Positions 27,783 to 36,865 of a stretch of DNA of 38,626 bases are shown piece by piece. The notes beneath the pieces were generated by a model, which made no database searches, was not told the origin of the DNA, and saw only the letters and a list, made by a program, of their open reading frames with translations. The translations under genes were made by a program, and so were the position numbers. Where the stretch lies: contig JARRRI010000051.1 of assembly GCA_037380845.1 (NCBI GenBank), positions 30,120 through 68,745 on the forward strand, in the 5' to 3' direction. Position 1 is the first letter of the stretch. Every line of letters begins with the position of its first letter. This DNA comes from Candidatus Sulfobium sp. (GTDB taxonomy: Bacteria; Nitrospirota; Thermodesulfovibrionia; Thermodesulfovibrionales; UBA6898).

Positions 27783-29627
27783 ATGCCCGAAGCGGGACGC
27801 AGACATCTGAAAACCGGTCGGACAATTTCTCTCCTTGCCAACAGTCTGGCCCCGGGCCGGAAAATAGGTCCACCCCGGCTGCTTCCCTGCGTTATGTTCT
27901 GTTTTTTTCTACTCGCGGTTCCCGGGCTGATTCTCGCAGCCGGGCCTCTGGAGATAACGGTCAGAGGAGTGGAGGGAGAAATCCTTGCAAACGTGAGGGC
28001 TGCACTTACCGCTCCGCCGGGCCTTGTCGAGAAAGGCAAGCTGAACCGGCTCTGGCTCGAGCGTTTCGAGCATCAGATTCCCGAAAAAGTGCGGACTGCA
28101 ACCGAGCCGTTCGGGTATTACAGTACAAAGGTCTCAACGAAGACGGAAGCTACCGGAGAGGGAAGCTACCGTCTCGTGGTGGATGTTGAGCCGGGGAAAC
28201 CCGTGCGGGTTGCAGGAGTTGAAGTTTCTCTGGAGGGGCCCGGGGCGGGCGAAGAATCTCTGAAGTCTCTCGTTGCCTCGTTTCCTCTCCGCAGGGGTGA
28301 TGTCCTCCGGGAGGATAAATACGAGCAGGCCAAAGGCGGTCTGAGGTCGGCGGCCCTCGGTCTCGGCTATCTTGATGCGACTTTCTCTGTCCACGAAATA
28401 GCCGTTTCCCGGGAAAACCATACGGCGGCCATCAGGCTTACTCTCGAGACCGGCCCGCGGTACCGCTTCGGCGCGGTTGATTTCGAAGGGGCACCGCAGT
28501 ACCCGGAGAAATTCCTGAGGAGGTTTCTGAGCTTTAAAAAGGGGGAGGTATTTTCATACAGGAAGCTTGGTGAAACCCAGCTCAACCTGCTGAATTCCGA
28601 AAGGTTCAGGGACGTGACAATCTCGCCGGAAAAAGACAAAGCGAGGGAGATCGAAGTGCCCGTATTGATCAGACTCGAGCCTGCGCCGAGAAGACATCTG
28701 CGCATGGGCGCGGGGTATGGCACGGACACAGGCCCCAGGTTTTCTTTGGATTACAGGGATCTGAACCTCTTTAAGAGGGGAAGGGAACTGAAGGCAGACC
28801 TCAACATATCGACTCGTATCCAGACCCTCGGCGCTGCCTACATTGTACCCAGCGAGGGGAGTATAGACAGCTTCAACGAGGTCAAACTCGAAGTGAAAAG
28901 GGAGGACGTCTCAACCTATAAAACAAAGCTGGCCTCTGTCGAAGGCAACCGCACGAGGAGTCTCGGAGGCGGACGTATCGGTTCGGCCTATGTCAAAATA
29001 CAGAAAGAGGACTCAACCATCGGCGATCAGAGGGTGAGGGCGCGCCTTATCATGCCGGGGGTTCGTTTATCGGCCCGCAAATATGACAGCCTCATACGTC
29101 CCACGAAGGGATACAGGTACTCGATGGATATCAAGGCCACCCACAGGGCTATCGGATCGAGCTTGAGCTTTATACAGTTCGTCGCCGACGGGGACGCCGT
29201 TATATCTCTGCCGTGGAGGCTCTCGATCATGTCGCGCTTCAAAGCCGGAATCACGCTGCAAAGCGAGGCCTTCAGACAGCTGCCGGCCTCTCTGCGTTTT
29301 TTTGCGGGCGGCTCCAGGAGCGTCAGGGGTTATTCTTACCAGTCTCTGGGGCCTAAGGATTCAAACGGAGATGTGATCGGCGGAAAAAACATCCTTGTCG
29401 GCAGCGTGGAGCTTGACAGGGCCATCTCAACAAACTGGGGAGTCGCCGCCTTTTTTGACGCCGGCAATGCCTTCGATCGGCTGACAGACTTTACGTTGTA
29501 CAAAGGCGCCGGAGTGGGAGTGAGGTATTACACAAAAATCGGCGGAATACGCCTTGACCTGGCGCGGCAGGTGGGGGTGAGCCATCCGGGATACCGTGTG
29601 CATCTTACTGTGGGGTTTGAGCAATGA
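27783..29627 (+). CDS. tamA: TamA (Omp85 family) translocation and assembly module protein
   Basis: POTRA-like N-terminus (EPFGYY, GYLDA), GYGTDTGPR, RFFAGGSRSVRGY, FFDAG and IRLDLA; overlaps tamB (ATGA). The true start may lie further downstream. Confidence 0.9.
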   Translation: MPEAGRRHLKTGRTISLLANSLAPGRKIGPPRLLPCVMFCFFLLAVPGLILAAGPLEITVRGVEGEILANVRAALTAPPGLVEKGKLNRLWLERFEHQIPEKVRTATEPFGYYSTKVSTKTEATGEGSYRLVVDVEPGKPVRVAGVEVSLEGPGAGEESLKSLVASFPLRRGDVLREDKYEQAKGGLRSAALGLGYLDATFSVHEIAVSRENHTAAIRLTLETGPRYRFGAVDFEGAPQYPEKFLRRFLSFKKGEVFSYRKLGETQLNLLNSERFRDVTISPEKDKAREIEVPVLIRLEPAPRRHLRMGAGYGTDTGPRFSLDYRDLNLFKRGRELKADLNISTRIQTLGAAYIVPSEGSIDSFNEVKLEVKREDVSTYKTKLASVEGNRTRSLGGGRIGSAYVKIQKEDSTIGDQRVRARLIMPGVRLSARKYDSLIRPTKGYRYSMDIKATHRAIGSSLSFIQFVADGDAVISLPWRLSIMSRFKAGITLQSEAFRQLPASLRFFAGGSRSVRGYSYQSLGPKDSNGDVIGGKNILVGSVELDRAISTNWGVAAFFDAGNAFDRLTDFTLYKGAGVGVRYYTKIGGIRLDLARQVGVSHPGYRVHLTVGFEQ

Positions 29628-32600
29628 GGCGGAAGGCGGTAGTATACAGTGTTTCTGCCGGCCTTATTCTGGTTCTGCTTTTTTTCTCCGGCGGTGTTTT
29701 CTGGGTCCTCGGAACTTCGGCGGGTGCCCGGTGGCTCATGGGGGAAGTTTCGTCGCATACGTCTCTTACCCTTGAAGCAAAGCAGGTAAGGGGAAGGATA
29801 TGGGGCGATCTCCGGCTCGAAAATGTGGGTATCCGCTGGCCTGAAGGCACGCTCCATGCCGAGAGTTTTCAGGTCCGCTGGAGCCCTCTGCGCCTTCTTT
29901 ACGGCGAAGTGGCTGTAAGAGAATTTGTCATCCACAGTGTTAATCTTCAGGACAACAGACCCGAAGCGGCGGAGGTTCCCGAGATTGCGTGGCCCCACGC
30001 AACAGGCCTGCTTTCACGTCTTGATGCAGAAGTCGACGCGTTCAGGATAAAGGGCGCCACCTACCGTCGCCTGCAGAACAATCCCGTTGAACTGAGCAAC
30101 ATTTCCGGAAGAATCAGCTGGAGAAACGGGATACTGACGGTCCGGGGGTTGAAGGCCGGCTCTTCACTGGGAAAGACAGAAGGAACTTTCGAGGCAGGCT
30201 TCACCAGGCCGTCTCTTTCCCTGAGGCTGGTTGTCAGGCCGGCGAAACCGGTGGCAGGGCTGGACGTAATTTCAGTTGATGCAGGACTGCGCGCCCGGCG
30301 GGTCTCCGCCCCCTTGAAGGGTGACGTCCACCTCACCGGCAGTTCCGGAAAGACCCTACGCATTGAATTCAGCAGCGGACTCGAAGTGGACCGGCGCGCA
30401 GTGAAGCTGACAGACTTCCATGTCACACGGATTATCAAGAACGGCTCCGTGAAAGGGTCCGGAGAGGTTACGTTCTCTGAAGGCGGGCCGCGGTTCCGTC
30501 TGGCCATTGATACGTCAGGCGTCGACCTGTCCGATTTCCTGCACGCCAGGACCGATCTATCGGCGCACCTGGTCCTTGAAGGTTCCGCTTTACGTTACCA
30601 CGGCCGGCTGGACCTGTCTAATAAGGGAGACGGTCTCAGAACCATCCATCTGTCGGGATCCCTTGAAGGCGATAAGAGAGGCCTGCAATTGACCTCTCTG
30701 GAAGGCTCGTGGCTGGACGGACAAATAGGGGGCGCCGCTCATGCCGGATGGGAGAAGGGTGTATCCTTACGGGCGTCTTTGCAGATGCGGGGCCTGGATC
30801 CGTCCCTGATATCTCCGGAATGGACGGGGCAGATAAATACCGACATAAGCGGATCGGCGTTGATGGCGCGGAACGAGCCTGTTGCCGCTTCGTTCAGCGT
30901 TGATCTGCTTAACAGCAGTCTGCGCGGCAAGGCCCTGACCGGACGGGTGAAAGCGGGGCTTGTGGGAAGCAATCTTCGGATCGAGCGTCTTTTGCTCCGG
31001 GGAAAGGGTTTTAACATTACGGCCCGCGGGGAGCTGTCGAAGCGCATAATCCTTGCCGCCGATATCAGCGACCTTTCAGGTCTGGTACCCGGCGCAAAGG
31101 GTGCGCTTCACACCGTCGGACGGGTGCGATGGCACGAAGGCCTTTTTAGCGGCAATCTTGAGGGAAGGGCCGGAGGAATCGTGGCGGGCGGTTTGCGCGT
31201 GGGCACTGCGGACTTCAGCGGCAGCCTGGCTGAAAACAAAGAGCATTCCATGCATGTAAGGACGAGTGTTACGGCACTCGCTTTCGGACGTATAAAAATA
31301 GAGTCGGCTGACCTGAACGCCGATGGTACCCTTGAAGATCATGTGATAGGACTGGCAGTCCGGTCGCCCGGTGCGGCGATCGATGCAGAATTGTCTGGTG
31401 GTTACAAAGAAGGTAAATGGGAGGGGAAAATCTCGAAGCTCTCCGACCGGGATGCCTCCGGCGTACTGAGGCTCAGTGCGCCGACCGCTTTGACCGTTTC
31501 AGGGAAAAAGTTTTCGCTTTCGGGTCTGATGATGACGGGTGCGCGAGGGGAGAGCGTCAAAGCTGTCGCTGAACTGGCATTCCGGCCTTTGGATGGTTCT
31601 CTGGAGGCTGAATGGACGGTTATAGATCTCGGACGCGCAAATTATTGGCTAAACGATATCCAGGTTGCCGGAAAGAGCTCGGGAAAGATAGTGGCGCGAT
31701 GGCTCCGGAACGCACTCTACCGTCTGTCGGCACATGCAGAAGCTTCAGGGAATTTTTCGACGGACGGGCAGAAAATAGAAGTGAGCCATGCGTCGGTGCA
31801 GGTCGACAGGGACGAGCACAGGCTGCTTGCTTCTTTCGACTTTGGAATCGATAAAGCTACTGTTGTGAAGGGTCGTTTTTCTTCGGTCGTAAAAGACGGC
31901 ATGTTCCTTCCCGAAGAAGGCACAATTGATGCGGAACTTCACGGTCTCGATCTTTCCCTGTTCAGACGATGGGTCCCGGAGGGAATCGAAGTCGGCGGAA
32001 TGGTCTCGGGTGCCCTGAGGGGAAGACTGACGGCAGCCAGGAGCCTGGATATTACGGGGAATGCCTCGATATCCGGAGGGGTTATCCGGCGGCAGGCTGA
32101 AAAGGGAGAAATATCCATCGCGGTCCGCAGGGCCGACATGAAGTTTGTCTGGAATAAGGCATCATTGAAGGGCGCTGTCTCGCTTGTACTTGAGAATTAC
32201 GGGCATGCCGAAGGACGTTTTGAAATTCCCCTGGCGGCGAGCCTTCCCCCCTCGATGGAAGCAGACGGACGCGTCAGAGCCTCCCTGAAGGGGCAATTTC
32301 AGGAGGATGGGCTTCTGAGCGCCATTTTCCCGGGGCTCGTGCAGGAGACTCACGGCCGGATCGACCTCGGCATCGAGGTCGGGGGAGTCTGGAAGGCCCC
32401 GGTTTTGAAGGGCAAGGTTCAGTTGTCCAGGGCCGGAGCCTATTTCCCTGCCGGCGGCATCCGCATAAAGGACGCGGGTATGACTGCCCGCCTGGATGGG
32501 GACAGGGTGACCGTCGACTCATTCCACGTATCGTCGGGACCGGGTAAGTTAGAGGGGCATGTCGAGATAAGGCTCAAAGACCGGGCCGTTGTGAGCTATA

Positions 32601-33562
32601 AAGGAACCCTCAAGGGTAAAAATTTCCAGGTGATTTATCTGCCGGAACTCCGGGTGCAGGCGAGTCCCGACCTCGCGTTCGAAGGGTCGGATAGAAAACT
32701 ATCGGTAAGGGGGGAAATAAAAGTCCCTTATCTCCTTGTCCTTCAGAGCAAGACAAGAACGCCGGTCGAGCCGAGCAAGGACATAGTTATTGTCGACAGA
32801 GAGGAGAAGCCCCGAAAAGAAGCGAAAACGGCGATTGATATCCAGGTTAGGATAGTTCTGGGGGACAGAGTACTTGTAAAGGCCGAAGGGATAGACGCGC
32901 AGATGGGCGGGAGCATCGATGTAATCGCCACGGGTGTTCATGACATCAAGGGCAGGGGCGAGATACATGTGGTGAAGGGGAAATACAGTGCCTACGGCGT
33001 AAGTCTGGATATCCAGAGAGGGCGTGTTATTTTCAGCGGCCAGTCGATCAACAGACCCAGCCTGGACGTCCTGGCCCTCCGGAAGGCCGGCGATGTGAAG
33101 GCGGGCGTGACGGTGACCGGTACCCCCCGGAACCCGGTGGTAAAATTATATTCCGATCCGCCCATGGCGGACACGGATATTCTCGCCTATATCGTCCTCG
33201 GTCACCCGCTGGGCGGAGGTCAGCAGCAGACAGATCTGGTGGCACGCGCCGCAGGGTTCCTTCTTTCGGCAAGCGACTCCGTGGTCTTCCAGGACCAGTT
33301 GAAACACCGTCTGGGGATAGACACTCTGGACATAGAATCGGCACCGGCCGGCCAGGAGACCGGGCAGCAGGGTGTCTCCCGTTCCCTTGTGACCGTCGGG
33401 AAGTATTTGACGCCCGACCTCTATATAAGTTACGGCAGGTCTCTCCTGGGAGACACCAACCTGTTTCGGGTTCGCTATTCCCTTTCGAAACACTGGGAGC
33501 TTGAAACGGAAAGCGGGACCGAGAGCGGAGCGGACCTTTTCTATAAGATAGATCTTAGATGA
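29624..33562 (+). CDS. tamB: TamB (DUF490) translocation and assembly module protein
   Basis: N-terminal TM anchor, long beta-rich body, and C-terminal GKYSAYG...P.LD...LYSDPPM...ILAYIVLG...VGKYLTPDLYISYG...GADLFY. Confidence 0.92.
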   Translation: MRRKAVVYSVSAGLILVLLFFSGGVFWVLGTSAGARWLMGEVSSHTSLTLEAKQVRGRIWGDLRLENVGIRWPEGTLHAESFQVRWSPLRLLYGEVAVREFVIHSVNLQDNRPEAAEVPEIAWPHATGLLSRLDAEVDAFRIKGATYRRLQNNPVELSNISGRISWRNGILTVRGLKAGSSLGKTEGTFEAGFTRPSLSLRLVVRPAKPVAGLDVISVDAGLRARRVSAPLKGDVHLTGSSGKTLRIEFSSGLEVDRRAVKLTDFHVTRIIKNGSVKGSGEVTFSEGGPRFRLAIDTSGVDLSDFLHARTDLSAHLVLEGSALRYHGRLDLSNKGDGLRTIHLSGSLEGDKRGLQLTSLEGSWLDGQIGGAAHAGWEKGVSLRASLQMRGLDPSLISPEWTGQINTDISGSALMARNEPVAASFSVDLLNSSLRGKALTGRVKAGLVGSNLRIERLLLRGKGFNITARGELSKRIILAADISDLSGLVPGAKGALHTVGRVRWHEGLFSGNLEGRAGGIVAGGLRVGTADFSGSLAENKEHSMHVRTSVTALAFGRIKIESADLNADGTLEDHVIGLAVRSPGAAIDAELSGGYKEGKWEGKISKLSDRDASGVLRLSAPTALTVSGKKFSLSGLMMTGARGESVKAVAELAFRPLDGSLEAEWTVIDLGRANYWLNDIQVAGKSSGKIVARWLRNALYRLSAHAEASGNFSTDGQKIEVSHASVQVDRDEHRLLASFDFGIDKATVVKGRFSSVVKDGMFLPEEGTIDAELHGLDLSLFRRWVPEGIEVGGMVSGALRGRLTAARSLDITGNASISGGVIRRQAEKGEISIAVRRADMKFVWNKASLKGAVSLVLENYGHAEGRFEIPLAASLPPSMEADGRVRASLKGQFQEDGLLSAIFPGLVQETHGRIDLGIEVGGVWKAPVLKGKVQLSRAGAYFPAGGIRIKDAGMTARLDGDRVTVDSFHVSSGPGKLEGHVEIRLKDRAVVSYKGTLKGKNFQVIYLPELRVQASPDLAFEGSDRKLSVRGEIKVPYLLVLQSKTRTPVEPSKDIVIVDREEKPRKEAKTAIDIQVRIVLGDRVLVKAEGIDAQMGGSIDVIATGVHDIKGRGEIHVVKGKYSAYGVSLDIQRGRVIFSGQSINRPSLDVLALRKAGDVKAGVTVTGTPRNPVVKLYSDPPMADTDILAYIVLGHPLGGGQQQTDLVARAAGFLLSASDSVVFQDQLKHRLGIDTLDIESAPAGQETGQQGVSRSLVTVGKYLTPDLYISYGRSLLGDTNLFRVRYSLSKHWELETESGTESGADLFYKIDLR

Positions 33563-33589
33563 ACAACGTCTTCAAGTATAATCGTAAGC

Positions 33590-33617
33590 TTGATTTTCTT
33601 TGCAGGCCGGATATAAT
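33590..33617 (+). promoter_or_regulatory. Candidate sigma70 promoter of the DnaB-like gene
   Basis: TTGATT, 16-bp spacer, TATAAT, 23 bp upstream of the ATG. Confidence 0.55.
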
Positions 33618-33640
33618 GAGGAAAAAAAGGGGGTTGACTT

Positions 33641-34531
33641 ATGGCGAATGAGAGAATCAGGAAATTGCAGCCTTACACTCTCGATATGTTGGGAGACGAT
33701 ATAGCCCAGAGCGCTGAAGGACTCCGTACAGGCTTTATAGAGGTCGACCGGGCATTGAAGATACCCCAGGGCGCCATTACAATCATAGCCGCCAGGCCGT
33801 CCCACGGAAAGACCACTTTCCTCCTTAATCTGTTCCTGAATATGCTTCGAATATATTCGGACAAGGCCTTCTTTTATTTTTCCTATCAGGAGAGCAAGAT
33901 CAAGATCGCGCTGAAACTCATCAATATCCTGAGCGGGGACCTGATAGACAGGGAAGGCAACGTGGGGGAACTTGAGAGGTACCTGAGGGAAGGTTCTTCA
34001 AACAGGCCGAAAGTTGAAAAAGGTAAGGATGAGTTCAGAAAGTTGACCGAAAGCGGGCGACTCTGGATTATCGACGAACCTTACCGCCTTGAAGACCTGG
34101 TTGACGTTATGGCTTTCCTCGCCGGGAAATATGATGTCGGCGCTGTGGTCATAGACTTTCTGCAGAAGATAAGTCCAGGCAAAGGGCATCCCGACAATAT
34201 GGACGGGATGCAACTGGTCTCTCAGCGCTTGCTGGAGAATGCCAAGGGCCTCATGATCCCGGTCATTATCGGGGCCCAGCTGAAATGGAGCGAGAAGAAA
34301 GTACTGAGGCTGGACAATTTTATCGATATGATAGGGGTTGTCCAGGATGCCTCACTCGTAATCGGGCTTTATAACGATGCCGTTGAGAAAGCCCAGTCTT
34401 TGGGTGAAGTCATAAAGGAGCGCCAGATAGATATAAAACTCTCCGTCCTGAAAAACAGAACCGGCCAGGTCAACAAGACGTTCACCCTTGGTTTCGATAT
34501 CCCGCTGTTGACGATCAGGGAGAAGTTCTGA
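33641..34531 (+). CDS. Stand-alone DnaB-like (SF4) helicase C-terminal ATPase domain protein
   Basis: TGFIEVD, IIAARPSHGKT (Walker A), VVIDFLQ (Walker B), GAQL, QDA and LKNRTG (Arg finger). No N-terminal DnaB domain. Confidence 0.8.
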   Translation: MANERIRKLQPYTLDMLGDDIAQSAEGLRTGFIEVDRALKIPQGAITIIAARPSHGKTTFLLNLFLNMLRIYSDKAFFYFSYQESKIKIALKLINILSGDLIDREGNVGELERYLREGSSNRPKVEKGKDEFRKLTESGRLWIIDEPYRLEDLVDVMAFLAGKYDVGAVVIDFLQKISPGKGHPDNMDGMQLVSQRLLENAKGLMIPVIIGAQLKWSEKKVLRLDNFIDMIGVVQDASLVIGLYNDAVEKAQSLGEVIKERQIDIKLSVLKNRTGQVNKTFTLGFDIPLLTIREKF

Positions 34532-34882
34532 AAGGCGATTTGCCCCAGGGCAGTTCCTTAGTCTATTTTTAAGAATCCGTTCCGGTGCCTCCTTCCGTTC
34601 GCCTGTCTGAGTTGGTGAAGATTTACAAATTTTCCTGATTTAATAAATAATAAGCAGGTTATATTCATGTTATATTTGGGTAATGAAGAACCTGAAGTTT
34701 GTCATTCCGCCATGAAGTAAGCCCGCATCTGTCGCGGACACAAGGCCGGACGGGCTCAGAAATGACGTCGTCGACTTTTTATCTGTTTTATGCCGGAGTT
34801 GACGGCTGGAGCCGAAAAGGGAATTTGTCAGGTGATTCAGGTGATATTGAAACGAAAATTCCGTATAGAAGGAGTAAGGAAT

Positions 34883-36721
34883 ATGAAAAGTGGCAGGCTG
34901 GCTATGGCATTTGCATTAATGGTCTTTAGTCTCATGTTCTTGCTGCCGGACTCCGTGGGCGCGGTGTCGCTTGACAACTGGCATTTGCGGAGCCCCGTGA
35001 GTCTCCAGAGTGCGGCCTACGGCGGCGATACCTTCGTTGCCGTCGGTGAAGGGGGCAGGATACTCGCCTCGGCAGACGGTGTCCGGTGGGCGCTGATGCA
35101 GTCGGACTCATCCGAATGGCTCCGTGGAGTTGCATACGGAAACGGTACTTTCGTGACTGTCGGAGATAATGGTGTGATACTCACTTCGGCGGATGGCCGT
35201 ACATGGGAGAAGGAGACTTCAGGCGTATCGGGCAGGCTTGACGGAGTGACCTGGGGAGCTGACAATTTCGTGGCCGTGGGAAACAACGGAGTTATCCTTA
35301 CATCGCCGGATGGCGAGAAATGGACATCACGGGTGTCGGGTACGTCTCAGTGGCTGAGAGACGTAGTTTATGGCAATAAGAAATTTGTGGCAGTCGGCGA
35401 CAGAGGAACGGTCCTCACTTCGAAGGACGGCACGAATTGGGAAGTCAGACCTTCGGAGGGCATGAAGTCACTCAAAGCGGTAGCCTATGGGAAAAAGACC
35501 TTCGTAGCAGTGGGAGGAATGGGTACCATCCTTGCATCATCCGATGGAGAGAAATGGGAGAGGGGGACATCCGGCGTAATGCACTGGCTAAAAGGGGTGG
35601 CATATGGCGACGGCAGCTTTGTCGCAGTGGGCGACTTCGGGACAGTGCTCAGATCGTCTGACGGCTTAAAATGGACAGCGGAAAAATCGGGTACCCCCGA
35701 CGCATGGCTTCAGGGAGTCGCTTACGGCCCGAGTTCTTTCGCGGCGGTCGGCGGCCCTGGAATCATTATTACTTCAGCCGGCGGGCGTTCATGGGTCGTC
35801 AGGGCAGGAGGGGTATCGGCGTGGCTTCTCGGAGTGGCTTACGGGAACGATCGGTTTGTCGCTGTGGGGAAAAAAGGCGAGATACTGACATCCTCTGACG
35901 GGGCTGTGTGGACTCGCAGGAGATCGGGTACCACGGAGGACCTGCGGGCTGTGACATATGGCGAGGACACTTTTGTTGCCGTCGGCAATAAAGGAACGGT
36001 TCTGACGTCGCCGGACGGCGAAAAATGGGTTTCAGGAAAGTCCGGTACTACCCTGGATTTCAGAGGGATCACATATGGAAAGAATGTATTCGTAGCGGTA
36101 GGAGGGTTCCGGAAGGGGCCTGTAAAAGGGGAGTCGTCAATAATGGTTTCTCATAATGGCTTAACATGGAAGGAAAGCGCCTGGAAGGGAGCGCAAGAAT
36201 ATGATGCGGTGGCTTACGGAAAGGGTGCCTTTGCGGCCGTCGGCTCCGGGGTGTCCACATCCGGAGACGGTATGGACTGGACGGTCAGGACTGCCAATGC
36301 GGGGCAAAAACTGACCGGGGTTGCTTTCGGCAGAGACGAATTTCTTGCTGTCGGGGAAACCGGCCTGATACTGCGGTCCCCGGACGGCAAGAAGTGGACT
36401 TCCTCCGCCGGCGTGCCTGTCCTTCTCTCGGGAATAGCTTATGCCGAAGATACGTTTGTTGCCGTGGGAGCCCCCAGGGACTCAAGAGGGGCAAAAACAT
36501 TATTGCTGGTCTCGTCCGATGGAGAAAAATGGAGCATGAAAAAACCGGGCGGAAAGTACTATCCCCTCGCCGGTGTGACCGGCGGGGAAGGAACATTTGT
36601 TGCTGTCGGCCGGGCTATATACCAGTCCGAGCCGGTAACAGCCGGTGAAGGAAAAAAACCTTCGGACAAAGCCGCTAGCGACGTGCAGGTGAAGCAAGAT
36701 AAACATTCTGAGTTTCGCTAA
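34883..36721 (+). CDS. Secreted beta-propeller protein with 14 BNR/Asp-box-type repeats
   Basis: Signal peptide from the ATG at 34883 after AAGGAG, then 14 units of about 39 aa with consensus LxGVAYGxxxFVAVGxxGxILTSxDGxxW. Confidence 0.88.
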   Translation: MKSGRLAMAFALMVFSLMFLLPDSVGAVSLDNWHLRSPVSLQSAAYGGDTFVAVGEGGRILASADGVRWALMQSDSSEWLRGVAYGNGTFVTVGDNGVILTSADGRTWEKETSGVSGRLDGVTWGADNFVAVGNNGVILTSPDGEKWTSRVSGTSQWLRDVVYGNKKFVAVGDRGTVLTSKDGTNWEVRPSEGMKSLKAVAYGKKTFVAVGGMGTILASSDGEKWERGTSGVMHWLKGVAYGDGSFVAVGDFGTVLRSSDGLKWTAEKSGTPDAWLQGVAYGPSSFAAVGGPGIIITSAGGRSWVVRAGGVSAWLLGVAYGNDRFVAVGKKGEILTSSDGAVWTRRRSGTTEDLRAVTYGEDTFVAVGNKGTVLTSPDGEKWVSGKSGTTLDFRGITYGKNVFVAVGGFRKGPVKGESSIMVSHNGLTWKESAWKGAQEYDAVAYGKGAFAAVGSGVSTSGDGMDWTVRTANAGQKLTGVAFGRDEFLAVGETGLILRSPDGKKWTSSAGVPVLLSGIAYAEDTFVAVGAPRDSRGAKTLLLVSSDGEKWSMKKPGGKYYPLAGVTGGEGTFVAVGRAIYQSEPVTAGEGKKPSDKAASDVQVKQDKHSEFR

Positions 36722-36865
36722 TAGAAAGAGCTGGGGTCTGTCGTAGAGCCATCTTTAATATCTTAAGTGATCGCGGAGTTTCGGCTTGCTGAGATGAGTG
36801 GAGTGGAGAGGCGAATAATTGATATGCTTAAGCCGCGTTTGACTTGAATAATTGACTTTTTGAAG

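Noticed and set aside
33641..34531. Replicative dnaB or prophage marker
   Set aside because: Lacks the N-terminal domain, and no phage, primase or integrase genes flank it.
35000..36620. About 117-bp periodic DNA similarity
   Set aside because: Explained by the protein's beta-propeller repeats; not a non-coding array.
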